Positions 50,245 through 64,000 of a stretch of 64,000 nt of DNA are shown piece after piece. The stretch is taken from the NCBI RefSeq assembly GCF_006345805.1, contig NC_043002.1:55304001-55368000 (forward strand), written 5' to 3'. This DNA is from Octopus sinensis (lineage: Eukaryota). Numbering within the stretch: the first letter of the stretch is position 1; each line of letters opens with the position of its first letter. A program made the translations under genes and the position numbers. Under the pieces are notes generated by a model. That model was not told the DNA's origin and did not search any database. It saw only the letters and a list, made by a program, of their open reading frames with translations.

Positions 50245-51629
50245 TTTACGTAAATCAATTCACTTGTTTGTTTGTTTCGTTATTCTTTTGGTTTTCTCAG
50301 ATTATTGGAGTCGAAATTAATTCCTTATAGAAATAAGCAGAAGAAAAGGCTCAAAGAGCCACGTAGAGGCTGAAAGCCTCTATAGATAGCTCTCGCTGAA
50401 AAGATGGGCTCAGTAAAGTGTCGCTTGAATACAGGTCTAAGTTTAATCGACCCAGGTCGGGTCACCTGGACGAGGTTTATGTTGTAAGACTCCGACTGCG
50501 TTCGCTGCCGGAATCCATCTTCACATCTTTGAATTGGACCTTAGTCTCAATTCAGGTGGCGCTTATGTGACGCTGCTGGAGACTGTGGTCAAACCATGAA
50601 TGGAGAAGCTTGTTGCTAGAAAGCTATATGTGTGGCAAAGAGTGAGAAGTGGTTAGATTCTTCAAGCTAACGCCTTACAGGGGATCCTTGCTGTAGAGAT
50701 ATAACTGTGACTTTGAGAGGTGTACACTATTTGTACTTGAGTGATTTTCTGTGGTAAAGGTGGCAACAAAACCTGTAACAATACAACCATAATTAGCAAC
50801 AGCAACATCAACGGATCCAACGAGTCTACCTCAACGCTTCTAGTACATCCTACAAGATATACTAACCAAAGATCCCTCGAAACACACGTTTCTGTCTTTA
50901 ATGTAAAAACACATTGTTATAGAAATATAAAAAAACAGCAGAAGAATACATAGTCACTCGATTCTATCTGTCGCCAAAGTATGCTTAATGCCACATCTCT
51001 CATGGACATAGCATCAGAAAGTTTCTATCCGGCTAACTTACAACAGGAATGGTGCACCAAGGACTTAGACATATTTGGTGTCTTGAATTTTGAGAAAATC
51101 TAATATGTTTAATCATCTTGAGAAAAAACATTCAGGTGGTGCTATTAAGTTAGACATGGCCTGGACCAATCTTTGGTCGAAACATATCTAAGTTTATCTA
51201 ATTAAGTTATAAACAAATATAAACAAATATAATTAACAAAGCAACGCATGGACTGGTTTCCTTTATCTTTGCGACTATTTTCTTTTGTTTTATCAGTTTT
51301 CATGAGAAATTTAATATTTTAATTCTATTTTCATACGAAGAGCGTCAGTAATTTTCTTTTCTCGATGTTCAGTCTCTCCTGGAATGTTTGAGGACCACTT
51401 GAAGAGGCAGTTATATCTACTCAAACAGTTAAGATTGTAATTTGTACCATTAGCTTGCCTGTGAACACTGCGTCCTTAAAAAATCACATGCTTTTTGACT
51501 TTATATTCCTAGCATCGCCCATTCACCCTTTCATTTTTATGGTTCTTTGAATTTTCACTTTTCTGTTTTCGTTTTTCCTGTATACTATACATGTGCTTTT
51601 AGCTATTATTGCTATCATTCTTTACTTCA

Positions 51630-52534
51630 CTTATATGTTTGCTTTCTGTGTCTTTTTACCCTTTTTCAACAAGTTGAAGTGCACCTGAACACTGTATACA
51701 GTGTTCACAGCCCTCAACCAATCGGGCACTGCGATAGGAGGAAAGTCCACTTTAGCGTTCTATAGGAGATTAGTGGCAGGGAAGTGCGATGACGTTCTTG
51801 GGGAGTCTCTGGGCGTCGAAGACGATCAACCCGCCGTTCACTTCTGATTAACTTACGTCCCATGGTCGATGGAAAGCTTCCACAAATTCATGGCCTGGCA
51901 GTGCTAACAGGGAGCATTTCTTGCCCGAGATAAATTCTACAGGCACAGAAGTACCATCAGTCAAGCATGTCCGAGACGCTTGCTGACTGACGAAACCGTC
52001 CAGTGCTCGAGTATTGTTGACCTGTGGGTTTATGTCACGTGAGGGACGTATCCAGCTATCAACTGAATTCATCGTGAAAATCGCCCTGCCACCTTCTTTT
52101 AACCGGGAAGAGCAGGCAGTTTTTATATGCCTGGTGGCCATAGTGAAAGAGGTTGTATGGTGGACGAGATTGAAGGGGCTGAAGATAACCACTTTTCACT
52201 TTAGTCAGTCCCTCATCAACTTCTTCAAGTGAAACTTGAAGACGAGAATAAGGGTGGCGAAGAAAGTGTTACCTTCTTGCCATTTTGTTGAAGGGTGGAT
52301 GAGCGTGATGAGCATGGTACAAGGGAACGGACCTACCCTGAGCATTCGCCTGTAAATCGGAAATAAGGAACCAAGAGAAGGAACCCGCCCCAGAAGTCAG
52401 GGAACCCGTGCTTTTATGTTTTTTCCATGAACAATCTTCGAATGTCTCCTCCCTACCGAGGAATACTCATTGCAAAAATGTTTTCGTTTCCTTACGTTAA
52501 ATCTGTTTCCATGCAAAACCCCCACAACAATACG

Positions 52535-52595
<61 letters not shown>

Positions 52596-52795
52596 TCAAT
52601 GGTTTGTCCTGTGCCGCCCTTGATTTTTTCTTAATGTAAACCCTTTGTGGTTAATAAAGAAATCCTCCTCTTCCTCGTTCCTCCTCTTCCTCGTTCCTCC
52701 TCTTCCTCGTTTCTCTTCTTCCTCGTTCCTCCTCCTCCTCCTCCTCCTCCTCATTATCATCATCGGCGTCGTCGTCGTCGTCGTTATCGCCATTG

Positions 52796-52839
<44 letters not shown>

Positions 52840-52867
52840 GTTGTTGTTGTTGTTGTTGTTGTTATCG

Positions 52868-52901
<34 letters not shown>

Positions 52902-53330
52902 TATTGAAAAGGAAATTGAGAGCGGAGAAGGAAGTCGTCGAGTGAATTTATTGAAAGGCAGGTGGAAGTTGCGAAAATGGCAAGAGTGGATGGTACCTCT
53001 CTAAGTGTAGACCTGTGAGTCAGTGAGAAGGAATTGGAGAGGGCACTTGCTCCTGGGGTTTCAAAGAAATCTCGGACAGTGGGGTTCCTCGATTATCCCT
53101 AGAGGCCTTCCTGTATCAGAAGAGCCACATCTCTCTCATACTCCACACCACATTTTTTAAAAATCTTTCTTTGCTAAGCATTTGTGTCCCTTCTTTTTCG
53201 GTGTATACCCTGTATACTTTCTTTCATTTGTTTTTTTTATTTCATTATATGTAAACCCCTACACGTTATGTCTGTCTTCGTATTGTCCCACTCATCCATC
53301 GCCCTTGTGGCAAATAAATGAAATCATCAT
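51630..53330 (+). mobile_element. Tx1/L1-like LINE 3' fragments interrupted by microsatellites (a related decayed piece may lie near 50330-50720)
   Basis: FICLVAIVKEVVWWTRLKGL matches 42560-42640; 3' ends CCCTT(T)GTGG..AATAAA at about 52640 and about 53300. Confidence 0.7.
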
Positions 53331-53464
53331 CATCATCATCATTATTATGAAACAATTGTAAACAGTGGAATAAACGTAATACCATATATCCATTCTTCAT
53401 ATATCATACACACATTCATATACATGTGTGTATATATATAATGCAAAAGAAATTATTATTATTA

Positions 53465-53541
<77 letters not shown>

Positions 53542-53679
53542 CGTAGTAGTCGTAGTAGTCGTAGTAGTAGTATATAGCAGGAAATCATGTAAAACAGTAT
53601 ATATATATATATATATATATATGCATATATATATATATGTATATATATATCTATATGTATATATGTATATATATATATC

Positions 53680-53761
<82 letters not shown>

Positions 53762-54617
53762 GAAAGCAGCGTCAAACTGATTGGGTAGCATTCTATTGAA
53801 AATAAATCAACGTCTCACCAAACCTGTGAAAATGAAGAGATGTCGGAAGGGGTAAGTCCGGGTCGTTTGACGACCAGTCTACAGAACGTTATTCTCTGCA
53901 GCTTTGAAAGACGATATAAGTATAGAGATACACCAATAAGAATTGTTAATCTTATCTATCAGAACACTTGAGGTATGCGCTTACATTCTGTTGTTTAAAA
54001 GTCGTTGAATTTAATAGATTACAAAACCTGAGAGTTCACAGACGTGAGATATGTTTTATTCGTTTTTTGTTGTTGTTTATCTGTTGCTGTTTTTTATTGT
54101 TTAGTGTTACACCGTTGCGTCAAAAGTATTGTGATGAACAAAAAAAGGGACTTCTTGCTATGTACAAAATGTTAAGCCATATAACATTTTGAAAAGAACA
54201 GATGTACTGTCACCTACAAGAAACATGGAGTTGTTGAGAGCAGCTTTTGGCCAAGGAATAGAAACGGAAAACTGCTGTAAAATATGCGAAGTGATAAAGA
54301 ATATCTAAGAGGACAAAAAATCATGTTCACTATCCAGAACTGGTAGAAGAACGGTCCGAAGGGATCAGAAAGGAATGGCTTTGCGGTTGAGAAAAGAGTT
54401 AAACTAAACAAGGTACGAAACTTTAAACCAAAATTAGAACATTGGCGTGGGACCTGCTTGGTGCTAACATTACTGAGCCAGTGAAATGTTTTTAAAAATT
54501 ATAAAAACTCATTATGCTGCAATCTGTTGTGATTTGACAAGAGTTCTTCACCCTTTTCATGGCGGTGGTCCAGCATGGCCGCAGTCAAATGACTGAAACA
54601 AGTAAAAGAGTAAAAGA

Positions 54618-54689
<72 letters not shown>

Positions 54690-54925
54690 TCCCAGACCGG
54701 GCGTTGTGAGTGTTTATTGAGCGAAAACACCTAAAGCTCCAAGTGGCTCCGGCAGGGGGGCGGGGCGATCCTTGCTATACGCTTTCGCCACAACTTTCTC
54801 ACTCTTTCTTGTTGGCCTGCTCGCTGTTGGCCAGCGGAGTGGCGTCATTTGAAGGCTAAAACAATGCCAAGCGCATTGTGACCAGCGATGTGTAACAACA
54901 TCTGATACCCTGGTCGATCACGGTG

Positions 54926-54956
<31 letters not shown>

Positions 54957-55000
54957 ACATACATACATATACATATATACATATATACATATATATATAT

Positions 55001-55058
<58 letters not shown>

Positions 55059-55919
55059 GCTGTGTGGTAAGTAGCTTGCTTACCAACAACACGGTTCTGG
55101 GTTCAGTACCACAGCGTGGCACCTTGGGCGAGTGTCTTCTACTATAGCCTCCGGCAGACCAAAGTCCTGTTAGTGGATTTGGTAGACGGAAACTGAAAGA
55201 AGCCCATCGTATATATGTATATATAAATATGTGTGTGTGTGTGTTTATCCCCCCACATCGCTTGACAACCGATGCTGGTGTTTTTACGTCCTCGTAACAT
55301 AGCGGTTCGGCAAGAGAGACCGATAGAATAAGTACTAGGCTTACAAAGAATAAGTCCTGGGGTCGATTTCTTCGACTAAAGGCTGTTCCCCCTTGGCCAC
55401 AATCAAATGACTGAAACAAGTAAAAGAGTAATCTGCGCGAAAAGATAACAGCTAAACTAATAGTAAGAGGGCATCAAAGTTATGACTAGATATGGGCAAA
55501 CATTTTCAAAATGCGGGCCGCATGAGACATGGCTCATCATCGAAGGTGATTTTTTTGTTAGACATGCCATTTTGTTAGACGGACCGCAGTTTCCCCATGA
55601 AACAGAGCGACTTTCAAATGGTAAGGGAGACAACTCTGGATATGTTTTGGAATGAAATATTCACCGAGATTTTACTGCTGTTGCCGAAGAAATGCCGAAA
55701 GAATTAGTTAGTAGAAATGAATATAGATTTGTTGAGGCTGAAAGAAAAAAAGAAAAACAGTAATCGAATGAATTTACTGTTATATTTCTTAATTTGAGTG
55801 TCAACGCAGATCTGGGCATTTTTATGTAGTCCAAGGGAAGTAACTCTATATTACCGTTTGTTATTTTTTTGTTATCGTGTGGTAGTTCTATAAACTACAA
55901 GACGATCAATTACACCCAC

Positions 55920-56420
55920 GTACGCACACACACACACACTCTCATACACGCACGCACACACATGCGCACTCATGCGCGCGCACACACACACACTGGGATA
56001 AACACACGCTGATATAACCTCACACACACACTGAGATAAACAAATACACATACATACATACATACACTCACATACACATACACGCGGATATAAACACATA
56101 CACACACACACACACAAACACTGAAATAAACACACACACACATTGAGATAAACATACACACACACGCACACACTGAGATAAACACACACACACACACACA
56201 CAAACACACAAACACTGAGGCAAACACTCATACACACACACATTGAGATAAACACACACACACTCTAAGATAAACATGCACACACACACACACACTGAGA
56301 TAAACAAATACACATGCACACACACACACTGAGATAAACAAACACGCGCACGCACACACACACACTGAGATAAACACACACACACATACACACATACACA
56401 CACAGTAGCACACACATTTG
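55920..56420. repeat. Minisatellite (CA)n-CTGAGATAAA
   Basis: (C/T)TGAGATAAAC recurs about 10 times between (CA) runs. Confidence 0.85.
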
Positions 56421-58435
56421 CATTTACATCTGTGTACCAAGTTCTAAGGCTGCATTCCAACCACCCCCTCCACTCACCATCACACATATAAACCATTTTC
56501 TGTAGCAAATTCAAAACAACAGTGTTTCACAATGAAAACTCACCATAATTATCACATTATTTTGTTTGTTTCTTTATCATCCATTGCCATGTTTTGGTCA
56601 CCCCATTTTTATTCAACACCCCTTAGATCTTTCCACCGACCCTAGGAGTCGGGACAGTACCGTCCACTTTAGGAACCACTGTATTAGAAGAACCGTCCTG
56701 TTCTTCAAAAATCTCTAAACAAATTCATCTCATCTTTTGAGTTATCGATAGAAACTGATGTTCAGCGATACTATCAGGTAATTTCATGAAGACGTGTGGC
56801 TCATCGGTTAGCGAATTCGGCTCACAATCATAAGGTCAAGAGTTCGATTCCCGGTAAGTTGGAACGTTGTGATCTTAAGAAACATATTTTATTCCTCGTT
56901 GCTCCAGTCCATTGAGCTGCCAAAAATGAGGTGTACCTGTAATTCAAAAGGGCCAGCTGAGAAATATATTAAGGGTACACGTGTCTGTGGAGTACTCAGT
57001 CACTTGCACGTTAATTTCACGAGTAAACTGTTCCATTGATTGGATCAACTGGAACCCTTGGAAATCCGACGGTGAACCAGTGAGAAGAAACCTCATGACT
57101 TGGAAATAACATCACCATTATAAACAGTTGAAATTTGTTTGATTCTTCCACCCAATTCTTTGGCAACCCAACATCCTCCTCATCCTCCTCATCATCATCA
57201 TCATCACCACCACCACCACCACCACCACCACCACCATCATTGTTTAACGTCAACCTCCGATGATAGCATGGATGGGACAATAGCACAAGAGCCGGTCAGG
57301 CAGAAGGTTGCACCAGACTTCTGTGACTGTTTTGGCAGGATTTTTTACAGCTGGATGCCCTTCCAGCTACTCATCAGTTTGGACTTAATGCGTTTTACGT
57401 AGCATAAGCACAGGCAAGGTCTGTTTTGGCGGGGTTTTTTTACAGCTGGATGCCCTTCCAAACGCCAACCACTTTACAGTGTGCACTGAATGCTTTTCTA
57501 AGTCGCACCTGCAATAACATGGTCACCAAGTAACCTGCAAGACAAAAAAGAAGAAGCTCTTGTTAAACTGTTTAGAGCAGCTCTGACTCAGTCCATCTCC
57601 AACTTTTACGAATGCGGGGGTGGATCTGTGGAGCCTTATATGGTTTCACATTTGATACAAACCCAAACATTTTAAGGGCGGGATTTAATTGATTACATCG
57701 ACCTCAGCACATGACTGGTACATATTTTGCTTATTTTATCGACCCCGAAATGATAAAAAGCGAAATCGACCTTGGCAAGTAGATATAAACTAACATAAGA
57801 CAAACACTCGGCTACAACGGACAGCCTTCTTGTTATTAGGACACTTTAATGAGAGTTCACTGCAATTAGACTTGAAATTCAACATATGACAAAACAGTTT
57901 TCTTATCACATGCATAAATGTTGCTTGGGTATTTACGTATGTCAGAAATATGTTTAGTAGAAGCCGGAGAAGGCCAGTAACTCTGAAAGTATGTGAGATA
58001 GTTTGCAACTAGTTTGGGAATTACCCCTAACGCCGCTTATTTCTATTTTTTTACTAAAAGAAACAATAACTGTTACGGAATTTTGCTATTTGGTGGTGGT
58101 GGGGTGATAGCGCGCATGTGCGCGTGCACATATGTGTGTTCATCCACTGTGTATAAATAGAAATACGTTACTTGTATATTTCATGCCATCCGAGCTGTTA
58201 TCCATACTTTGCTTAATTTACTATAACAACATTGATGTACGGGAATAAATATAACAGAGATGTATAACAAGGTAAAACAAGACATGGCGACCAAAGGACA
58301 GGTGCCGGCGATCAATAACAGAAGGTCTTAAAAGCAGAGAGTTTAACAGTGGAACAAACTGTCAAGGACGCTCTCAGTGTTAGAAGGTGAAATGATCTTG
58401 CTGTATACAATTATGTATGTATATGTATATATATG

Positions 58436-58620
58436 TATTAAAAATGGGGAAGGACGGTTTATGGGATTGCCTTAGGTTTCCCGCTCATAAAGAGTTTAGC
58501 CTTATGGAGTATCGTCTGGGCCTGCCGGTTTTGGGATCTGAGGATAAGCCATACAGCGAATTCCTTTAAGGGCGAGAAGCCTAAGGTAAGCCTCTACACC
58601 GGCCTTCCTCATTTTCAATA
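58436..58620. mobile_element. Short MITE with imperfect TIRs of about 40 bp
   Basis: TATTAAAAATGGGGAAGGACGGTTTATGGGATTGCCTTAGG versus CCTAAGGTAAGCCTCTACACCGGCCTTCCTCATTTTCAATA. Confidence 0.6.
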
Positions 58621-58733
58621 TATACTGTCCTATATCTCAGAGTGTGCTTCTGCTTTCGGATTTATGTTTTTTATAAACGATATATTATATATATATATAT
58701 AATATATATATATCGTGCGCTCAGAGATTTATG

Positions 58734-58785
<52 letters not shown>

Positions 58786-58840
58786 TGTATGTATGTATGT
58801 ATGTATGTATGTATGTATGTGTGTGTGTGTATATATATAT

Positions 58841-58909
<69 letters not shown>

Positions 58910-59306
58910 AGTAAACACAGAGAAAGAACCTTCATAAGTTTTCGGCTATCTATCTGCTCCTCATTTCGAGAATTCAACGACGATATGAGCCTTCAACGAC
59001 GATATGAGCCTTCAAAGACAGTTGCTGCCATAACTTCTAAAATAAAATTTAGGGTTCAATGAGGGTCAAAGTTGGGAATAAAAAAATGACAGTGGACACA
59101 TACAAGGAAACCGAACGAATAAAAAACATGGAGGGAGGGCCGTTAGACTAAAACAGGAGAAAAATAGTGAACGCTGGGAATATATATAGATATACAGTTA
59201 ATCCAAACATGAAAACACAAAGAGAAAACACAACAACGCGAGGACGTGGAACAAATATAGTATTATTGGACGCTCAGGAAAGAAGGAAAGAAGGAAAGAA
59301 GGAGGA

Positions 59307-59340
59307 TTTAACGTTTCGAACAGAGCTCTTCGTCAGAAAC
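59307..59340 (-). ncRNA. Minimal hammerhead motif
   Basis: Minus strand TTT CTGACGA AGAGC-TCT-GTTC GAAAC GTT AAA. Confidence 0.65.
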
Positions 59341-59414
59341 ATAGGAAAAGGAAAGATCCTAAGAAGGGAAGACGGAGGAAAAAAATCGCCAACGGTACAC
59401 ACGCGGAGACAGAC

Positions 59415-59513
<99 letters not shown>

Positions 59514-59946
59514 CTTCACTCCGTTTCTCCACACTTAAGAGAACAAGAAAGAAAAAATAACAGAAGAAAAACGGATCGATCGTATAGAGTTGTTCTTAAG
59601 TGTCTCAAATGAACATAGACCAACTAGTATCATGAATCCAAATTACGTTATATTGATAAACTCCAATAAGAAGAAATGACGTTATCTGCAGCTACTAGGA
59701 GACCCAAAATGAGAAAAATAAAACGAATTACAAGGAAACATTATTTCGTATCGTTTGACACTCAGAAGACGACCTTGCATAACAATCCTAGAGAAAAATA
59801 AATAATAATATAAGCCCTGAGCAGTTCTCTCCCCTGGGGGAAAAATTCTTCCTCCCTTCTATTTCTTAACAAACTCTCTTTCTCTGTGTCTCTTACTCCG
59901 ACAGCAACCATAGATGGCTGCACCAACACCCGCTAGTCAAAATTGC

Positions 59947-60027
<81 letters not shown>

Positions 60028-60072
60028 ATGCGTGTGTGTGTGTGTGTTTGTGTGTATGTGTGTGTGTGCGTG

Positions 60073-60108
<36 letters not shown>

Positions 60109-61258
60109 CACACATACACATAAATTATATTATATTAGAGGAAAAAATCAAACCAAGGCAGAACGAGTACCTCAAGTCATTTAAAATCATTTAATTAGGA
60201 TAATGTGAATATGAAGTCTTACTGTTGTTTCTGGGATAACCCAAGTGGTTGGTTAGCATGTCTGTGCACTGGGTATTTACAAGGTATAAATATTTTTGAC
60301 GGGGAAAATTTACAGTTTACCAGGAATAAAATTTACGGTTTATAAAGAATAAAACAGGCGAATGAAGTAGTAAAATTAGTTAGAAGAGTAAAAGTAGTTA
60401 GAAGAATATCGGCAGGGGAATAATGTTCACAGTTCTTCTAATTTTACTCTTTATTCTTCGATTTTATTCCTTACAAACTGTGACACAAGCTGGAAGAAAA
60501 GAAAGATGATCAAGTGAGGAAAATAAAGATGGCCGATGGTCATTTGTGAGCAACGAGAGAGTAAAGGAGGAAGAGTGAGAGAGAGAGAGAGAGATAAACA
60601 GAAAACGGTGAAGGGGGAAAAGAATTAGAGAAAGAATGAGAGAGAAAAAACGAAAGGGGGAGAAGGGGAGAAAAAAATTAGAGAAAGGAAGAGAGAGAAA
60701 ACGAAAAAGGAGAGAGAGAAAAAGAACAGTACAGGTTAGAGTCACATAGAAATTATTAAGATAAACATACTTGGAAATGGATGCGTGGCGTTCAATCATA
60801 AAATAATATAAATAATATAGACCATCGGCCATCTTTCTTTTCCTCACTTGATCCGACGCATTCCGTCACAGATCAGACGCATTCTTGTCTGTCTCCTCTC
60901 CTATCTTTTCTTCTGTCAAAGCTTGTTCCTCCAGCGTTCGCCACCTTACCTCGAATGGCTCAGCAGCCCACAATGTTTGTTTTCACTGTCCAGTTTTCGT
61001 TACCAACATTAACACTCTGCAAATCCCAAATTTTATTTTGGTTTGCTGGAACAACTGTTTTCTCGAAGGCAAATCTTGTCGTGAACTGCTCAAAATATGG
61101 AGCAGAAAAAGAGCCGACAACTGATGAAGGGTCATTCTTTATGTTACTTGTCTTGATTTCCATTTGTTTCTTTCGTTGTTCGCATAAAAATAATTCGTAT
61201 TCCATGTTTTCGCACTTCATATTTCATGTTGTTTAGGTTTTGTGACATCCTGTACCCG

Positions 61259-61286
<28 letters not shown>

Positions 61287-61290
<4 letters not shown>

Positions 61291-61833
61291 AAGTATAGAA
61301 GCCATCTTATCATGGCTAACCACATTGGGGAGGGGGTGTTTCTGTAGCTTTATAGCCCCAAGAGATCTTCGTCTCAAGCTGGCTTTAGACACAATATCTG
61401 TGTCCTTGGAGTATTTGCAAAGGGAGGCCATCCCTTCCTCGCAAGCCTGAGTGATACGCTCGAACTAGTTTCGGGATTGTTGTCCCTCGTCAACGGGCAG
61501 TAACCACTAGGTAGCGATGAAAGAGAAGGGTCCTTTGCAAATAGATATAAGTTTTTCTAATGGCGTCTGCCACTGATGTCGAAAAACGAACAGTAAGCAT
61601 AATTAAATCTCAGAATGAGATTGAAACAGTAATCGCTCGATAATGTAAAGTATAGAAGCCATCTTATCATGGCTAACCACATTGGGGAGGGGTGTTACTG
61701 TAGCTTTATAGCTTGGGCTATAAAGCTACAGTAACACCCCCTCCCCAATGTGGTTAGCCATGATAAGATGGCTTCTATACTTTACATTATCGAGCGATTA
61801 CTGTTTCAATCTCATTCTGAGATTTAATTATGC
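61287..61833. mobile_element. MITE-like element ending in a near-perfect 237-bp palindrome
   Basis: The segment GTAAAGTATAGAAGCC...CTGTAGCTTTATAGC occurs at 61287 (+), 61646 (+) and 61717-61783 (-). Palindrome arms 61597-61712 and 61717-61833. Confidence 0.85.
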
Positions 61834-62113
61834 CTATATATATATATATATATATGCAGGAGTGGCTGTGTGGTAAGTAGCTTGCTTACCAACCACATCA
61901 TTCCGGTTTCAGTCCCACTGCGTTGCACCTTGGGCAAGTGTCTTCTACTATAGCCACGGGCGGGCCAAAGCCTTGTGAGTGGATTTACCATTTTGATGAC
62001 TATTTTAGCAATCAGTTTAGAAAATTGAAAGAACAGGTTTTCCCAGTCACTTGATAAAAACAAATACACATTTCTCCCACACTTAAAAACATCACTTTAC
62101 ATATAGTTCTATA

Positions 62114-62437
62114 TTTAAGAGATGAAGAATTATGTACATTATTTATATTTGACGGATATTTGTCCTATATATGTCGTAGTGGTTATGAGCGTGGGCTACT
62201 AACCCCAAGATCCGAGTTCGATTCCAGGCAGTGACCTGAATAATAATAATAATAATAATAATTATAATTATAATAATAATAATAATAATAATAATATCGA
62301 AAAATACCTTAGGAATGAGAACCCAGGTTCGAAATTTCCTCAAGATACCTGATGAAGGCTGGAAGGTATATCAGCCGAAACGTTGTGTTAACAACAAGCA
62401 AGATGAGGGCAAATATCCGTCAAATGTAAATAGTGTA
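62114..62437 (+). mobile_element. tRNA-headed SINE-like element with internal (AAT)n, a hammerhead motif and an inverted copy of its 3' end at the 5' side
   Basis: B box GAGTTCGATTCC at about 62214; hammerhead 62344-62389; 32-bp inverted repeat 62135-62166 / 62406-62437 with 3 mismatches. Confidence 0.8.
62344..62389 (+). ncRNA. Minimal type I hammerhead ribozyme motif
   Basis: GATAC CTGATGA A GGCTG-GAAGGTATAT-CAGCC GAAAC GTT GTGTT: intact CUGAUGA/GAAA core, 5-bp stem II, ACGU stem III. Confidence 0.75.
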
Positions 62438-62659
62438 AATAAGGATCACTTATTTCTACTAAATCAAGTTTGTGTTTATTAAGAGTTTCTAAGATGGGTG
62501 TATTCTGACTGGTAAATCATCGATCAGGGACTCAGATAGTTAAGAACGATTCCAGACGGATTCTTTTACAGCAATGATTTGCACACATATTTCCCAATAA
62601 CAAATGCTAATGGTAAAGATATTCTTGGGACAAAACATCGATAGGAGAATTGCGATATA

Positions 62660-62879
62660 GCAAGGATATTTCAAACATATTGTAACGAAGTTGTAATCCA
62701 CTCATATAGCAAAATAAAATATAACACAAACAATAAAATATTGGCAGTCTGATAAATTATTAGCAATTTATTGTTTCCATACAAAAATACAAATATTTCT
62801 CATTTATATAATTGAATAATAAAAATGATGTCGCCGTATATATATATATATACATGAAAGTACTACAGTGAGTACATCG

Positions 62880-62947
<68 letters not shown>

Positions 62948-62981
62948 ATGTGTGTGTGGTGTGTATACATACATATTTATA

Positions 62982-63041
<60 letters not shown>

Positions 63042-63158
63042 TTTCAAACAATTGAGGGTAAAATTAATTAGTTATTAATCAATTTCACCAAGTATTCAGT
63101 ATGTAAAAGGACCATTTAAGGCGAATTCAAAATATTACATTATGTATGTATGTATGTA

Positions 63159-63198
<40 letters not shown>

Positions 63199-63199
63199 A

Positions 63200-63256
<57 letters not shown>

Positions 63257-63870
63257 TTAAGGATCAAAAAATTATCAAATGGAATAGAAAAATAAATTAT
63301 TTCTAAAATGAACAAAATAACCTAGATATAGGTATGTATATATACAATATATATATATATAGAATGATATGTCAGTCCAAATGGTGTAATACCAAAAACA
63401 TCGACGTAACACAATATTAAATATTTATTTCATAAAGGAGAAATATATATTGTTTTCGATTATAAATGTGATAAGAAAATATAGTCAATATAGTAAGGAT
63501 ATTGTAACGAAGTTGTAATCCACTCATATAACAAAGTATAAAAATAACTGAGTATAAAATAGAATTTAATGTTTCCATACAAAAACATATTTCTAATTTA
63601 TATAATAAATAATAGAAATGATGTTAGCGCGTATATACATACATACATACATACATACATACATACATACATACATACACGCACGCACGCGCACACACAC
63701 ACACACATATATATGCATACATGAAAGTACTATTGGTGTAATGTATTGTAATATGATATATATATATATATATATATATGCATAAAAGATAAAAATATTA
63801 TCAAATGGAATAGAAAAACGAATTATTTATAAAATGAATAAAATAACGCAGATAAATGTATATATATATA
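62660..63870 (+). repeat. Diverged tandem duplication of an AT-rich unit
   Basis: TATTGTAACGAAGTTGTAATCCACTCATAT, TACATGAAAGTACTA and TTATCAAATGGAATAGAAAAA each occur twice, in the same order. Confidence 0.75.
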
Positions 63871-64000
63871 TGGCAGCCGTCTTTTTGATATTAGCTGGAC
63901 AATTTGGGAAAAAGAAGCACCATATAAATTGATACGCCACATTCTCACTGGCGTAATACGAAGAACATCGTTGTGATACGATATTAAATATAGATATTTA

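Noticed and set aside
53760-54430. Possible exons of a paralogous gene (several GT donor-like sites)
   Set aside because: All frames close quickly and there is no similarity to the secreted-protein exons.
61120-61160. CTGATGA as a hammerhead core
   Set aside because: No stem II or GAAA follows.

Overview
Eukaryotic, very repeat-dense genomic DNA: abundant (TA)n, (CA)n, (TATG)n, (AAT)n and (GATA)n microsatellites, tRNA-derived SINEs, decayed LINEs and mariner elements. The repeat families look like an octopus (coleoid cephalopod) genome, which is an inference and was not verified. Almost all ORFs in the supplied track are microsatellite or transposon artefacts. I found one intact host gene, which the ORF track does not show as a unit. 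It is a 5-exon plus-strand gene (CDS 43999-44002, 44236-44405, 46099-46233, 47295-47525, 49720-49878; all introns GT-AG; phases 1,0,0,0) with a TATA box and a polyA signal. It encodes a 232-aa secreted glycoprotein whose helix pattern, exon layout and C-terminal sequence resemble long-chain class I helical cytokines of the IL-6/G-CSF type. This is the main candidate for an undescribed system: an invertebrate IL-6-like cytokine. The rest of the window holds a nest of R4/Dong-clade RLE retrotransposon fragments in microsatellites, a Penelope-like GIY-YIG foldback, several minimal hammerhead-ribozyme motifs (one inside a tRNA-headed SINE), Tx1/L1 and RTE remnants, mariners, a Helitron-like element, MITEs and a tandem SINE array. 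No searches or folding programs were run. Repeat boundaries are approximate, and comparisons with vertebrate proteins are from memory.
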